Positions 18,267-27,576 of a stretch of 64,000 nt of DNA are shown piece after piece (position 1 is the first letter of the stretch; every line of letters starts with the position of its first letter). The position numbers were made by a program, and so were the translations under genes. The DNA lies in the NCBI GenBank assembly GCA_025808555.1, contig CP075526.1, positions 558,387 through 622,386 on the forward strand, in the 5' to 3' direction. The notes beneath the pieces are model-generated. The model had not been told where the DNA came from and did not search any database. It saw only the letters and a program-made list of their open reading frames with translations. Source of the DNA: Anaerolineales bacterium. GTDB taxonomy: Bacteria > Chloroflexota > Anaerolineae > Anaerolineales > UBA11579.

Positions 18267-21200
18267 TTACGGCGTGGCCGTCGGCTCAGGCGTGTTGGTG
18301 GGCGTTTCCGTCGGCAACGGGGTGTTAGTAACCGTGGGCGTAGCCGAAGGCAGGGGTGTGATGGTCGGCGTTGCCGAGGGGATGGCGGTTGGCTCTGGCA
18401 TATCGTTGTAGATCACAATTTCATATTCAGCATACGTGTTCTGCGTGCTGTAGATGGTGAGGCGCAGCGAGAGCGCCCCACGCGTGATCTCATTCATGCG
18501 CAGGGTGTACACCCGCTCCTGCTGCGGAATGGGCGTGTTGCTGGCAGCGAGCTCCTCCCAATCGTGGTCATCCGGGTTGGTGCCGCGCGCCCATTCCAGC
18601 ACATAGCGCTGGAAGTTCTGCGTAGCATCCGCCCGCACTACCACCTGCACCTCGTGCTGGTTGAAGTGCTCGCCGTTGTTGGGCAGAATGATGTCAAGCA
18701 GCGGGCGTGGGTCGGTATCGCGGCACTCGCGCAGCGGGGAGAAGTAGATCGGGTCATCGAAACCATTCGCCTCAGCCCAGTTGCGGCCCTGGCTGGTCTG
18801 CGTGATCCACTTGATGGCCCAGGGATCTTCCACATTGAGGCCAAAGCGCTCCTCGGTGAAGCGGTTGCCGCAAGCAGCCGAGGACTCGAGCCCGGTCCAC
18901 GTATCGGCCAGCACGTCCTGCCACAGGTCATTGTCGGCGTCGGCTGGCGGCTGGCCTACGACGAAGTATTCGCGGCGCTGATCATCGCAGTATTGGGAGG
19001 GCTCGGCACCGGAGATCGTGCAAATGATCTTTTCCTCAATGCCTGCCGGGCGCACAAAGCTGCTGGGGTTACCGCCCGTGAGGTAGTTCACGGCTTCCTG
19101 CATGAACTCGGCCCAGATCGGCGCCGCGCCGCTGAGGCCGCTGGTGCCCTGCATCTCGGTATTGTCGGGGTTACCCACCCACACGCCCACGGCCACATCG
19201 GGGGTGTAGCCCATGGTCCAGTTGTCGCGGAAGTCAGTGGTGGTGCCGGTCTTGGCCGCTACGGGGAACGGCAGGTTGAGAAGCGAGTTGCTGCCGAACA
19301 TCGGCGTGCGGGCCTGATTGTCCGACATGATGGAGCTGATGAGGAAAGCATGCTCCTCACGGATAACTTGCTCGCCACTGGGCTGCGGGGCTTCAAAGAT
19401 CACGTTGCCCTGGAAATCCGTAATGCGCGTGATGGCCACCGGAGTGAGAGCGCGGCCCTGGTTGGCAAAGATGGCGTAGGCATTGGTCAGATCCAGCAGC
19501 TTGACCTCGCCGCCACCCAGAGTGAGCGCCAGGCCGTACTGGTCGCTGTGCAGATCAGTGATGCCCAGGCGGTGGGCGAAGGCCACCAGGCCCTCTTCCT
19601 CCGGCGTGTCAGGATTGTCGTAGATGCCGACGAAATCGAGCGCCTTGACCGCGGGCACATTGTAAGAATTGGCCAGCGCCGAGCGCACGGTGACCGGGCC
19701 GTGGAAGCGCTCGTCATAGTTCTGCGGGATGTACGGCGGGCGCGTATCGGTGGCCAGGCCCGAGGGGGGGAACTCCGACTCCACGTCCCAGATAAGCGTG
19801 GATGCAGTCCAGCCCTTCTCGAAGGCGGCCACATAGGTGAGCGGCTTGATGGAGGAACCCGGCTGGCGCGGGGAGACAGCCATGTTGATTTGGCCGTCGA
19901 TCTCCTCGTTGTAAAAATCGGCCGAGCCGACCATGGCAAGGATGTGCCCATCGCTGGGGCGCATGGCCACCAGTGCGCCGCTGCCCACATTGCGGTCTTG
20001 CAAACCGGCGATGTGCTCGCTCAATGTATCCTGCGCCATGTCTTGCAACTCCGGATCAAGCGTGGTGTGCACGGTGAAACCGGAGCGATAGATGGTCTGC
20101 GGGTCGTACTGGGCTTCCAGCAACGAGCGGATGTAGTGCACCCAGTGCGGGTAGCGGATCTCTACCCCGGGTTGGTTGAAGCGATAGTCAAGCATTTCCA
20201 GGCCGGCCGTAGCGGCTTGATCCAACGAGACGCATACGCGCTCCGAGCTGTTGCTGACGTAGATGCAGCCAGCTTCAGCGCTGAGGCTATAGATGAGTCG
20301 CAGCACATATTGCTGGCGGCCCAGCGCAGCCTCACGATTGGTATAGACATCGTATACGGATGGCGATTGCGGCAAGCCGGCCAGGAAGGAGGCCTGGGCC
20401 AGGGTGAGCTCGCTGGCTGAAGTGCCGAAGTAGGTCTCGGCGGCAGCTTCCACACCGTAGGCCATGTTGCCGAAGTAGATCTCGTTGAGGTACAGCTCCA
20501 GGATCTCCTCCTTGGAGTAGCGGCGGGTGATCTCGGCCGCCAGGATCGCTTCGCGCACTTTGCGAATATAAGTGCGCTGCGAGGCTTCCTCGGGCGAGAA
20601 TAGCAGCATGCGTGCCAACTGCTGCGTAATGGTGGACGCGCCGGAGACGATCTCGCCATCGGCACGGTTCTGGAAATAGGCGCGCGCAATGGACATCACA
20701 TTGAAGCCGGGATGGTTGTAAAACTCCTTGTCCTCAGCGGCGATGGTGGAAGCGACCATGTACGGCGAGATTTCGGCCAGCGGCACATAGCTGCGGCGGC
20801 CAGCATTGGGGTCAAGGATCTCGTAGAGCAGGTTGCCGTTCGCATCCAGAATGCGGGTGGTCTCGAACTGCGAGGTGCGCTCGTGCAGATCAGCCACCGA
20901 GGGCAGGCTGGAGGCGATGACGTAGTATTCGTAGAAGGCGAAGGCCAGGCTGGCCATCGCCAGCAGGATGGCGGCGATGCCGCCATACACCAGCACGCGC
21001 GGCAGGCAGCCCATGCGGCTGACCCGGCCCCACCATTGCTTGAAGCGCGAGCCGCCGCCGTTGCCGGTGGCACTGGCGGCTGTGCGCCCGGTAGTGCTGT
21101 AAGCGGCGCGGCTGACGCGGGTAGCTTCGGGGTCCACTTCGGCGACGCGGCGCGGCAGGGGCATGCCGAACTCGTCCATGGCCGGGCGCGGCCCCGAGGG

Positions 21201-21503
21201 CGTGTGGCCCAGAGGCGGCGGGGCGGGCGTGGAATCGCCCACGGGTTCAAAGATGGTGGGGGCCTCGTCCGGCGCGATAGTACTGCCAGCAGGGGTCACC
21301 GGCACCGGGCGGCTGGGCTGGGTGTCGCTCAAGTCAGGAGTAGTACTCTCCTGCGGAGAGTTGCCCTGTGGAGAGTTGTCCTGCGAGGAGTTTACGGAAT
21401 GGGCGCCCGAAGCCGAGAGGCGGCGGAAACGATCGGTAGCGCCCTCGCCGGGGTGCTGTTTCTCTGGGGGCTGGCCGGTATCTTCGGGCAGGCTGCCAGT
21501 CAT
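18267..21503 (-). CDS. class A penicillin-binding protein (PBP1A-type transglycosylase/transpeptidase) with long terminal extensions
   Basis: GT51 motifs (AAEDKEFYNHPG, GASTITQQL) and transpeptidase motifs SSIKP, SYN and KTGTT. Also has a ~170-aa low-complexity N terminus, a TM segment, and a ~300-aa C-terminal extension ending in a Pro/Thr-rich tail. Confidence 0.9.
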   Translation of the reverse strand: MTGSLPEDTGQPPEKQHPGEGATDRFRRLSASGAHSVNSSQDNSPQGNSPQESTTPDLSDTQPSRPVPVTPAGSTIAPDEAPTIFEPVGDSTPAPPPLGHTPSGPRPAMDEFGMPLPRRVAEVDPEATRVSRAAYSTTGRTAASATGNGGGSRFKQWWGRVSRMGCLPRVLVYGGIAAILLAMASLAFAFYEYYVIASSLPSVADLHERTSQFETTRILDANGNLLYEILDPNAGRRSYVPLAEISPYMVASTIAAEDKEFYNHPGFNVMSIARAYFQNRADGEIVSGASTITQQLARMLLFSPEEASQRTYIRKVREAILAAEITRRYSKEEILELYLNEIYFGNMAYGVEAAAETYFGTSASELTLAQASFLAGLPQSPSVYDVYTNREAALGRQQYVLRLIYSLSAEAGCIYVSNSSERVCVSLDQAATAGLEMLDYRFNQPGVEIRYPHWVHYIRSLLEAQYDPQTIYRSGFTVHTTLDPELQDMAQDTLSEHIAGLQDRNVGSGALVAMRPSDGHILAMVGSADFYNEEIDGQINMAVSPRQPGSSIKPLTYVAAFEKGWTASTLIWDVESEFPPSGLATDTRPPYIPQNYDERFHGPVTVRSALANSYNVPAVKALDFVGIYDNPDTPEEEGLVAFAHRLGITDLHSDQYGLALTLGGGEVKLLDLTNAYAIFANQGRALTPVAITRITDFQGNVIFEAPQPSGEQVIREEHAFLISSIMSDNQARTPMFGSNSLLNLPFPVAAKTGTTTDFRDNWTMGYTPDVAVGVWVGNPDNTEMQGTSGLSGAAPIWAEFMQEAVNYLTGGNPSSFVRPAGIEEKIICTISGAEPSQYCDDQRREYFVVGQPPADADNDLWQDVLADTWTGLESSAACGNRFTEERFGLNVEDPWAIKWITQTSQGRNWAEANGFDDPIYFSPLRECRDTDPRPLLDIILPNNGEHFNQHEVQVVVRADATQNFQRYVLEWARGTNPDDHDWEELAASNTPIPQQERVYTLRMNEITRGALSLRLTIYSTQNTYAEYEIVIYNDMPEPTAIPSATPTITPLPSATPTVTNTPLPTETPTNTPEPTATP

Positions 21504-21508
21504 GAGGG

Positions 21509-21976
21509 CTATTTAGGGCGGCTGAGGAACAGCGCCGTCCACACGCCTTTCATCAGGGTTTCGCCAGTCTGGTTCTTGAGCTCGACCTGCAGGTTGATGG
21601 AACCGCCGCCGATGCGCGGCAGCGCCTTGGTGACCAATACTTCGGTCTCAACATGTACAGTATCGCCAATGAAGATGGGCTTGATGAACTTCCACTCAGT
21701 GATCTCGCGGAAGGCCATGATGGTGCCCGACATGATGCCGGTTTGAACGATGAGGCCGGAGGCGTAGGAAAGACCCAGCAGGCCATGGCCCACGCGGGCG
21801 CCGAAGGGCGTGGTCTTGCTGTACTCGGCGTCTACGTGAATTTGGTTAAAGTCGCCCGTGAGACCAGCGAACATGACGATATCGGTTTCGGTGACGGTGC
21901 GGCCGGCGGTAGCCAGCTTCTGGCCCACCTCAAAATCTTCAAAGTACATACCGCGTACGGCTGGTTCTGCGCTCAT
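21509..21976 (-). CDS. MaoC-like (R)-specific enoyl-CoA hydratase/dehydratase
   Basis: 155-aa hot-dog fold pattern: FAGLTGDFNQIHVDAEYS...FGARVGHGLL. Confidence 0.85.
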   Translation of the reverse strand: MSAEPAVRGMYFEDFEVGQKLATAGRTVTETDIVMFAGLTGDFNQIHVDAEYSKTTPFGARVGHGLLGLSYASGLIVQTGIMSGTIMAFREITEWKFIKPIFIGDTVHVETEVLVTKALPRIGGGSINLQVELKNQTGETLMKGVWTALFLSRPK

Positions 21977-22110
21977 GGGAGTCCTCCGGCTGGCTGTGAT
22001 GTAAGCTCTGGAGCGATTCTAGCATATGGCGCTTGGCAGCATGTGCGGCATGCTTTTGTTAAACTAGGCATGCTATTTTGAACGAAACTCGACCCAGGCT
22101 TGTTCCCCTC

Positions 22111-23238
22111 ATGCGCGTACCTGTCATTCTACTTTTAGCGCTAGCCCTGGTGGGATGCAACTACCCCACCAGCCCGGCTGTGCTGACGCCAGCCACGGCG
22201 CAGCCCAGCGCCACCCCGCCGCCCACTGAGGCGCCGCGGGTGCTACCGCATGCGCTGTACTTTCTGAGCGAGCGCGAAGGCAGCGCCGCCATCTGGCGGC
22301 TGGATGCCGACGGCGTGAGTTTGCAGCAACTAACCAGCGAGAGCGAGCCGGTGGATGAGTACGAGGTGGCCGGCGACGGCACGCTGGTGTACCGCATCCA
22401 GAACCGCATCTATCGCTACAATGCGACCGGCCCACAAACCCTGGTGGACAATGCCAGTGCGGATGCCGGCGAGGCCAGCTTCGCCTACACGGATGCGGTG
22501 CGTGCCCCGCGCCTGACGCCCAACGGCGCCACGCTGGCGTATGCGCAGGGCGGCGTGTGGCTGTTCGATCTGGCCAGCGGAAATTCGCTGCAAATTCTCG
22601 AAAACATCATTGAAATTGAAGATGGCAGCATCACTCCGCTGGAACTGTACGCGCCGGTGGCCTGGTCGCCCTCAGGCTTGCAATTGCTGATCTCGGTGGC
22701 TGGGCCGGATGGCAGCGGGCTGGGCGTTTGGGATGTGCGCACGGAAAGCTTTACGCGCCTGCAGGGCGAAGCCGTCCTGTGCTGCCAGGCAAGCTGGACG
22801 GCAGACAGCCAAAGCGTGCTGCTGGCCAGTGCGGCGCTGGGCCTGGTGGAGCCAGGCTTGTGGCGCTTCGACGCCAGCACGGGCGAGGCTACGACGCTTA
22901 TCGAAACGCAAGCCGAGGACGCTTACCATTTTGTGGGCTGGCCGCTGCAGCTGCCCAATGGCGACCTGCAGTACTTCTACGCCAGCGCAGCCGAGATCCA
23001 CGATGCGGACCTGCCGCTGTACATGGTGCGCTCGGCGGCAGACGGCGCCGGCGGGCGCAGCCAAATGCGCGACGACGCCTTCAGCCTGCGCGAGGCGCTA
23101 TGGGCGCCCGACGGCAGCCTGGCGCTGGTAGCGCAGAGCGCCGCCAGCGGTGCGGGGCCGATCGTGCTGGCCTATGCGGATGGCCGCCCGCTGCTGGTGC
23201 TGGTGGATTTTGGGTATGAACTGAAGTGGGGAGAGTAA
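22111..23238 (+). CDS. secreted lipoprotein, beta-propeller (TolB/WD40-like) repeats
   Basis: MRVPVILLLALALVGC has a lipobox. Repeated ...DG..LA/Y... blades follow. The TTG at 22078 is an alternative start. Confidence 0.55.
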   Translation: MRVPVILLLALALVGCNYPTSPAVLTPATAQPSATPPPTEAPRVLPHALYFLSEREGSAAIWRLDADGVSLQQLTSESEPVDEYEVAGDGTLVYRIQNRIYRYNATGPQTLVDNASADAGEASFAYTDAVRAPRLTPNGATLAYAQGGVWLFDLASGNSLQILENIIEIEDGSITPLELYAPVAWSPSGLQLLISVAGPDGSGLGVWDVRTESFTRLQGEAVLCCQASWTADSQSVLLASAALGLVEPGLWRFDASTGEATTLIETQAEDAYHFVGWPLQLPNGDLQYFYASAAEIHDADLPLYMVRSAADGAGGRSQMRDDAFSLREALWAPDGSLALVAQSAASGAGPIVLAYADGRPLLVLVDFGYELKWGE

Positions 23239-23273
23239 AGGTTAGTTAAAACTAGCGATAGGTGCCACTACAG

Positions 23274-23798
23274 CTACGGATCGAGTTTGCGATAAGCGCG
23301 GTTGAAATAGACCAATGGCTGCTCATCCTGCTCATCGAGCGGGGTTCCGGCGGCGAGCACCTCGCTGATGAAGATGGTATGCGTGCCGGCGTCATGCGTC
23401 ACCGAAACACGGCAGTCGAAATAGGCGATCGCCTGGCGCAATAGTGGGCTACCCGTCTCCAGCGTAAAGATATCTACGCCCTCAAAACGATTGCTCTGCT
23501 CGCTCTCACGCCCGGCAAAACGGTTGGATAGCTCTTGCTGGCCGGCGGCCAGGATGCTGACGCCAAAGCGGCCAGCCTGCATCACCAGCTGGTGCGTGCG
23601 GGTGGCCTTCTCCAGAGAGATGGAGACCAGCGGCGGCTCCAGCGAGAGCGACGTGAACGAGTTGACCGTCATTCCGTGCTGGCTGCCTTGGTGGCTGGTA
23701 GTGACCACGGTCACACCAGTAGTCCAGAAGCGCAGAACATCTTTGAGTTGATCGGGGTTGGGGCGCAAAATGGCGCCAGGTTGGGCTTGCTGCTGCAT
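23274..23798 (-). CDS. flavin reductase-like (HpaC/NADH:FMN oxidoreductase family)
   Basis: Start at MQQQAQPG (ATG 23798). FWTTGVTVVTT...GMTVNSFTSLSLEPPLV. The rest of the 404-aa ORF is antisense to the amidase gene. Confidence 0.85.
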   Translation of the reverse strand: MQQQAQPGAILRPNPDQLKDVLRFWTTGVTVVTTSHQGSQHGMTVNSFTSLSLEPPLVSISLEKATRTHQLVMQAGRFGVSILAAGQQELSNRFAGRESEQSNRFEGVDIFTLETGSPLLRQAIAYFDCRVSVTHDAGTHTIFISEVLAAGTPLDEQDEQPLVYFNRAYRKLDP

Positions 23799-23892
23799 GA
23801 AATCATTGTAACCCTCTGGATTGGCGGGCTGCAGGTGCAAATCACGTGCCAGCGCCAAAAAGCTATTGGAACGCCGCCCGATTCGGGGTAGC

Positions 23893-24729
23893 ATGGTTTT
23901 CCTTATGCTGCAAGATGACCTTCCGTCTGAGATCAACGAGCCTGGCTTCAGCGAGCCTGCAGGGCGACGCCAACGGCCGCGCCGCGCCAGCATGAACGTG
24001 TTCGCCCAGCTCACAAGCATTCTGGCGGTCAGCGCGGTGCTGGCCACGCTGTTCACAGCGTTCACACCGCTGGGCTTGCTGCCGGCGGGGTTGACCGAAT
24101 GGGTGGCCGAGCAGTTGAGCGGCGGTGGCAGCAGCGTGGGCAGCAACTTCCCCACGCCCACTCCGCGCCCCCGCCCGTTGATAGGCATCGTGGCCGGCCA
24201 TTGGGGCAACGACTCGGGCGCAGTGTGCAGCGACGGCCTGACGGAAGTGGAAGTAAACCTAGATATTGCCACGCGCGTGCAGCAGAAGCTGACCGACGCC
24301 GGATTTGATGTGGACTTGCTGCAAGAGTACGACGATCGTCTGCAGGGGTATAACGCGCTGGCGCTGGTATCGATCCACGCTGACACCTGCGAATACATTG
24401 ACGATAATGCCACCGGCTTCAAGGTGGCTTCATCCCTGGCCAGCAGTGCGCCTGAAAAAGCACAGCGCCTGGTAGCCTGCCTCAGCAATCGTTACCAGAG
24501 CGCCACTGGCTTGCGTTATCACCCGGCCAGCATCACGGCCCACATGAGCAACTATCACACCTTCAACGAGATCCATCACGACACGACAGCCGCCATCATC
24601 GAAACCGGCTTTATGAACCTGGACCGGCAGATGCTGACCCAGAACTCAGACAGTGTGGCGGATGGGATTGCGCGCGGCATGCTGTGCTACATCTACAACG
24701 AAAGCGCCACCTCGCCGGAGGGTAACTAG
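23893..24729 (+). CDS. N-acetylmuramoyl-L-alanine amidase (Amidase_3)
   Basis: TM anchor followed by IGIVAGHWGNDSGAV...EVEVNLDIA...LVSIHAD...IIETGFMNL. Confidence 0.85.
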   Translation: MVFLMLQDDLPSEINEPGFSEPAGRRQRPRRASMNVFAQLTSILAVSAVLATLFTAFTPLGLLPAGLTEWVAEQLSGGGSSVGSNFPTPTPRPRPLIGIVAGHWGNDSGAVCSDGLTEVEVNLDIATRVQQKLTDAGFDVDLLQEYDDRLQGYNALALVSIHADTCEYIDDNATGFKVASSLASSAPEKAQRLVACLSNRYQSATGLRYHPASITAHMSNYHTFNEIHHDTTAAIIETGFMNLDRQMLTQNSDSVADGIARGMLCYIYNESATSPEGN

Positions 24730-24730
24730 C

Positions 24731-25744
24731 ATGGCGGCGGCCGCCTGGCACACGCTGTGTGTCGAAGCCCGCGCCGCGCTGGCCGCCGGACACAAGCCTG
24801 AGGCGCGTCGCCTGGCGCGCCAGGCGGCGAAGCTGGCGCCGCAGCAGGAGGAGCCTTGGCTGCTGCTGGCCGCCATGGCCGCTCCTGCCGCAAGCATGGC
24901 CTATTTAAAAGAAGCGCTGCGCATCAACCCGCGCTCTACGCGGGCGCGCAAAGCCATGCAATGGGCGCAGGAGCGCACAGAGAGTAAGAAACAGGCGCGG
25001 GCGCAGGTGGCTACCGGCGGCAAGACAACTTTGGCCATGCCGCGCCTCAGCGGCCTGGTGCTGATGGCGCTGGCGGCCGGCACGGTGGCGTTCGCATTGT
25101 TTGCCTGGCTGCGCCCTCCCGGGCTGGATGACGGCTTGCGTTTCGTCAGTGCGGCCGCGGCGCAAAGCATTGACGGCCTGCTGGCCACCAGCACGCCCAC
25201 CGAAACCGCCACGCCCACAGCCAGCAATACACCCACGGCCACCCATACGCCAACCCACACGGCTACTCCGAGCGCCACGCCTTCCCCCACGCCCACGCTG
25301 ACCCCTAGCCCAACCCCTACAGCCACCATCGGAGCGGATGTGAGCGAGCTGGAGAAGCACTTCGTCGAGCTGCCGCGCGGCGTTGGCCCCAACGAGCGCT
25401 GGATCAATGTCAACCTGAGCAATCAAACTCTAGAAGCCTATGAGGGCAGCACGCTGGTGCGCAGCTTTGTGATCTCCAGCGGCCGCTCGGGTTCGCCCAC
25501 CGTTACGGGCACCTTCAAGATCTGGATCAAGGTGCGCATTCAGGATATGTCAGGCCCCGGCTACTACATTCGGGATGTCCCCTGGGTCATGTATTTCTAC
25601 GGAGACTACGGCATCCACGGCACCTGGTGGCACAACAACTTCGGCACGCCCATGAGCGCTGGCTGCGTGAACATGACGGTGGAAGACTCTCAGTGGATGT
25701 ACAGCTGGGCCAGTGTGGGCACCACTGTGCAAGTGCACTATTAG
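24731..25744 (+). CDS. L,D-transpeptidase (YkuD domain) with TPR-like N terminus and PT linker
   Basis: Start at MAAAAWH. YkuD catalytic region GIHGTWWHNNFGTPMSAGCVNM. Contains a 45-aa Thr/Pro linker. Confidence 0.85.
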   Translation: MAAAAWHTLCVEARAALAAGHKPEARRLARQAAKLAPQQEEPWLLLAAMAAPAASMAYLKEALRINPRSTRARKAMQWAQERTESKKQARAQVATGGKTTLAMPRLSGLVLMALAAGTVAFALFAWLRPPGLDDGLRFVSAAAAQSIDGLLATSTPTETATPTASNTPTATHTPTHTATPSATPSPTPTLTPSPTPTATIGADVSELEKHFVELPRGVGPNERWINVNLSNQTLEAYEGSTLVRSFVISSGRSGSPTVTGTFKIWIKVRIQDMSGPGYYIRDVPWVMYFYGDYGIHGTWWHNNFGTPMSAGCVNMTVEDSQWMYSWASVGTTVQVHY

Positions 25745-25800
25745 TTTTATTTTTTATATATCGCTAACGCAGGCTGCCACCAGCTTGAGTAAGATAAGGC

Positions 25801-26229
25801 ATGGCAAAACATGCACTTTTCAGCGGCCTGGTGATTGACGAATTTGACCAGCCGGTCAATTCCACCCATGTTGGGCAGGAAGCCTTCTATGTGGTCAACG
25901 ACCAGGGCTTCATGCGCCATGTCCCCTCAGAAGATGTAGACCGCCAGGTGCTGCGCCAAATGGGCGAGATGCTCTCCGGCCACGAAGAAGAGCTGAGCAA
26001 GCAAGCCGCCCAGATGATGGGCCAGGACGATATCTTTACCCAGGCCGCCATTTTTAACCAGCTCAAGAACGTAGACGAGCAGTTTGACCAGGTGCTGGCC
26101 CAGGGCCTGCCCGAAGCCAGCCGCGCCTACCTGGGTATGAGCGGCTTCAAAGTGCGCATTAACCTGCATGGCGAGGTGCTGGAAGTGATCCAACCCGGTC
26201 AGATTGCCCCCGAAGATGGCGAGGAATAA
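25801..26229 (+). CDS. hypothetical acidic cytoplasmic protein
   Basis: 142-aa ORF with GC3-rich codons, followed by a terminator. No motif recognised. Confidence 0.5.
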   Translation: MAKHALFSGLVIDEFDQPVNSTHVGQEAFYVVNDQGFMRHVPSEDVDRQVLRQMGEMLSGHEEELSKQAAQMMGQDDIFTQAAIFNQLKNVDEQFDQVLAQGLPEASRAYLGMSGFKVRINLHGEVLEVIQPGQIAPEDGEE

Positions 26230-26234
26230 GTAAC

Positions 26235-26266
26235 AAAAAGCTCGGGCATTTTTGCCCGAGCTTTGA
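26235..26266. terminator. bidirectional intrinsic terminator
   Basis: AAAGCTCGGGCA-tttt-TGCCCGAGCTTT between convergent genes. Confidence 0.7.
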
Positions 26267-26284
26267 TTTATATAGCAGTTATGC

Positions 26285-26554
26285 CTACGGCAGGCGGATG
26301 ATGAACTGGTAACCGAACCAGGCAGCCGGGATGGCAGCCAGCCACGGCAGCACCTGGGAGGCAATATGCAGGCCATCCGCCGCTATCTGAGGCAGCTGCA
26401 CCTGGAAGTACTCCAGGCCGAAGGCCGCACCAGCGAACAGGCCAAAGACCACAGACCACACTACGCCGGCGATGGTGCCCGCGCCCAGCAAGCCCACAAA
26501 AATATCTGTGGCCGAGAGGCCGCTACCGTGCTCAGATGTGTGTTCAGCAGACAT
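26285..26554 (-). CDS. small membrane protein (2-3 TM), unknown function
   Basis: 89-aa hydrophobic ORF, divergent from the rpmH promoter region. Confidence 0.45.
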   Translation of the reverse strand: MSAEHTSEHGSGLSATDIFVGLLGAGTIAGVVWSVVFGLFAGAAFGLEYFQVQLPQIAADGLHIASQVLPWLAAIPAAWFGYQFIIRLP

Positions 26555-26605
26555 GCATTCCTCCGAAAAAGTGACTAACGGGCATTATAGTTCAAATTGT
26601 GCAAT

Positions 26606-26636
26606 TTGCAACTTTTGCCCAAAGTACGGGTATAAT
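26606..26636 (+). promoter_or_regulatory. candidate promoter of the rpmH operon
   Basis: TTGCAA-19 nt-TATAAT, 42 nt upstream of the rpmH ATG. The spacer is longer than optimal. Confidence 0.4.
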
Positions 26637-26678
26637 CCTGCCTCGTTACTTTAGACTTAGTAAAAGCAAGGAAAGAAG

Positions 26679-26855
26679 ATGCCCAAAAGAACTTATCAGC
26701 CCAAGAAGCGCCGCCGCGTGCGTGTGCATGGCTTCCGCAAACGCATGTCCAGCTCCTCGGGCCAGGATGTGCTGAAGCGCCGCCGCCTCAAGGGACGCAA
26801 GAAACTCACGGTGAAAGCCAATAACCACGTCAAGAAGGTGGACTGGAACGCCTAA
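26679..26855 (+). CDS. rpmH: 50S ribosomal protein L34 (C-terminally extended)
   Basis: Below the ORF-track size cutoff. [45 protein letters not shown] is canonical L34, with an extra [13 protein letters not shown]. Confidence 0.9.
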   Translation: MPKRTYQPKKRRRVRVHGFRKRMSSSSGQDVLKRRRLKGRKKLTVKANNHVKKVDWNA

Positions 26856-26910
26856 GCGCGCTTGCGTTTAGCTTCCACCGCCTACGAGGCGAGCAGGCTT
26901 TTGACTATCG

Positions 26911-27261
26911 GTGAAGCGAGGATTCCGCCTCAGCAGACCAGCCGATTTCAAACGGGTGCGGCGACTGGGAAAGTCTTACACGCACCCGTTTGTTGTGCTT
27001 GTAGTGTTAACAAATGATGCAACCGACCCACCAGTTGGCAGCAGCCTACGGGTGGGCGTGGCTGCCGGCCGCAGTGTAGGCGGCGCCGTGCAGCGCAACC
27101 GCGCCAAGCGCGTGCTGCGGGCAGCCATGCAGCCGCTGCTGCAACGCATCAAGCCCGGGCACGACCTTGTGCTGATCGCCCGGGAAGCAATTCTTGCCAG
27201 CAGCAGCCAGCAGGCACAGGGGGTGCTGGAGCGGCTGCTGCAACGAGCCAAACTACTATGA
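26911..27261 (+). CDS. rnpA: ribonuclease P protein component
   Basis: GTG start. [14 protein letters not shown]...[14 protein letters not shown] (RNR motif). Located directly after rpmH. Confidence 0.85.
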   Translation: MKRGFRLSRPADFKRVRRLGKSYTHPFVVLVVLTNDATDPPVGSSLRVGVAAGRSVGGAVQRNRAKRVLRAAMQPLLQRIKPGHDLVLIAREAILASSSQQAQGVLERLLQRAKLL

Positions 27262-27563
27262 ACGCACACCTCACGCACGACCACGCCGAGATCCATGAGC
27301 AGCCAGACCCGCGGCTGCGCGATCTGCCGCGCACATTGACCAACCTGCCGCGCTTTCTGCTGCTGATCCCCATCCGCATCTACCAGCTCACCTGGTCACG
27401 CACCCTGCCGCCGGATACCTGCCGCTTCTATCCCACCTGCTCTCATTACACCTACCAGGCCATCTATAAATATGGCGCGCTCAAGGGCGGCGGCATGGGC
27501 TTCTACCGCCTGCTGCGCTGTAACCCTTTCAATAAATCTGCCGGCTATGACCCGGTGCCATAA
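27258..27563 (+). CDS. yidD: membrane protein insertion efficiency factor YidD
   Basis: ATGA overlap with rnp[24 protein letters not shown]...RLLRCNPF. Confidence 0.85.
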   Translation: MNAHLTHDHAEIHEQPDPRLRDLPRTLTNLPRFLLLIPIRIYQLTWSRTLPPDTCRFYPTCSHYTYQAIYKYGALKGGGMGFYRLLRCNPFNKSAGYDPVP

Positions 27564-27576
27564 ATTGGGAAGAGGA

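Noticed and set aside
18231-20420. 729-aa plus-strand ORF
   Set aside because: It lies entirely antisense to the well-supported PBP1A gene. Its composition is Arg/Gly/Ala/Val-rich low complexity, typical of shadow ORFs in high-GC DNA.
23799-24488. Upstream 230 codons of the 404-aa minus-strand ORF
   Set aside because: Antisense to the amidase gene. The flavin-reductase domain begins at MQQQAQPG (23798).
25195-25330. Repetitive ACGCCCAC/ACCCC-rich DNA, checked as a possible tandem repeat or CRISPR-like array
   Set aside because: It encodes the in-frame Thr/Pro linker of the L,D-transpeptidase. Similar PT linkers occur in the PBP1A, LysM, TPR and C39-like proteins. This is compositional, not a spaced-repeat array.
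26555-26680. Possible replication origin, because rpmH-rnpA-yidC-jag usually neighbours dnaA/oriC
   Set aside because: There is no dnaA gene in the window and no cluster of TTATCCACA-like boxes. The only isolated near-match is GTATCCACT at 34709-34717.
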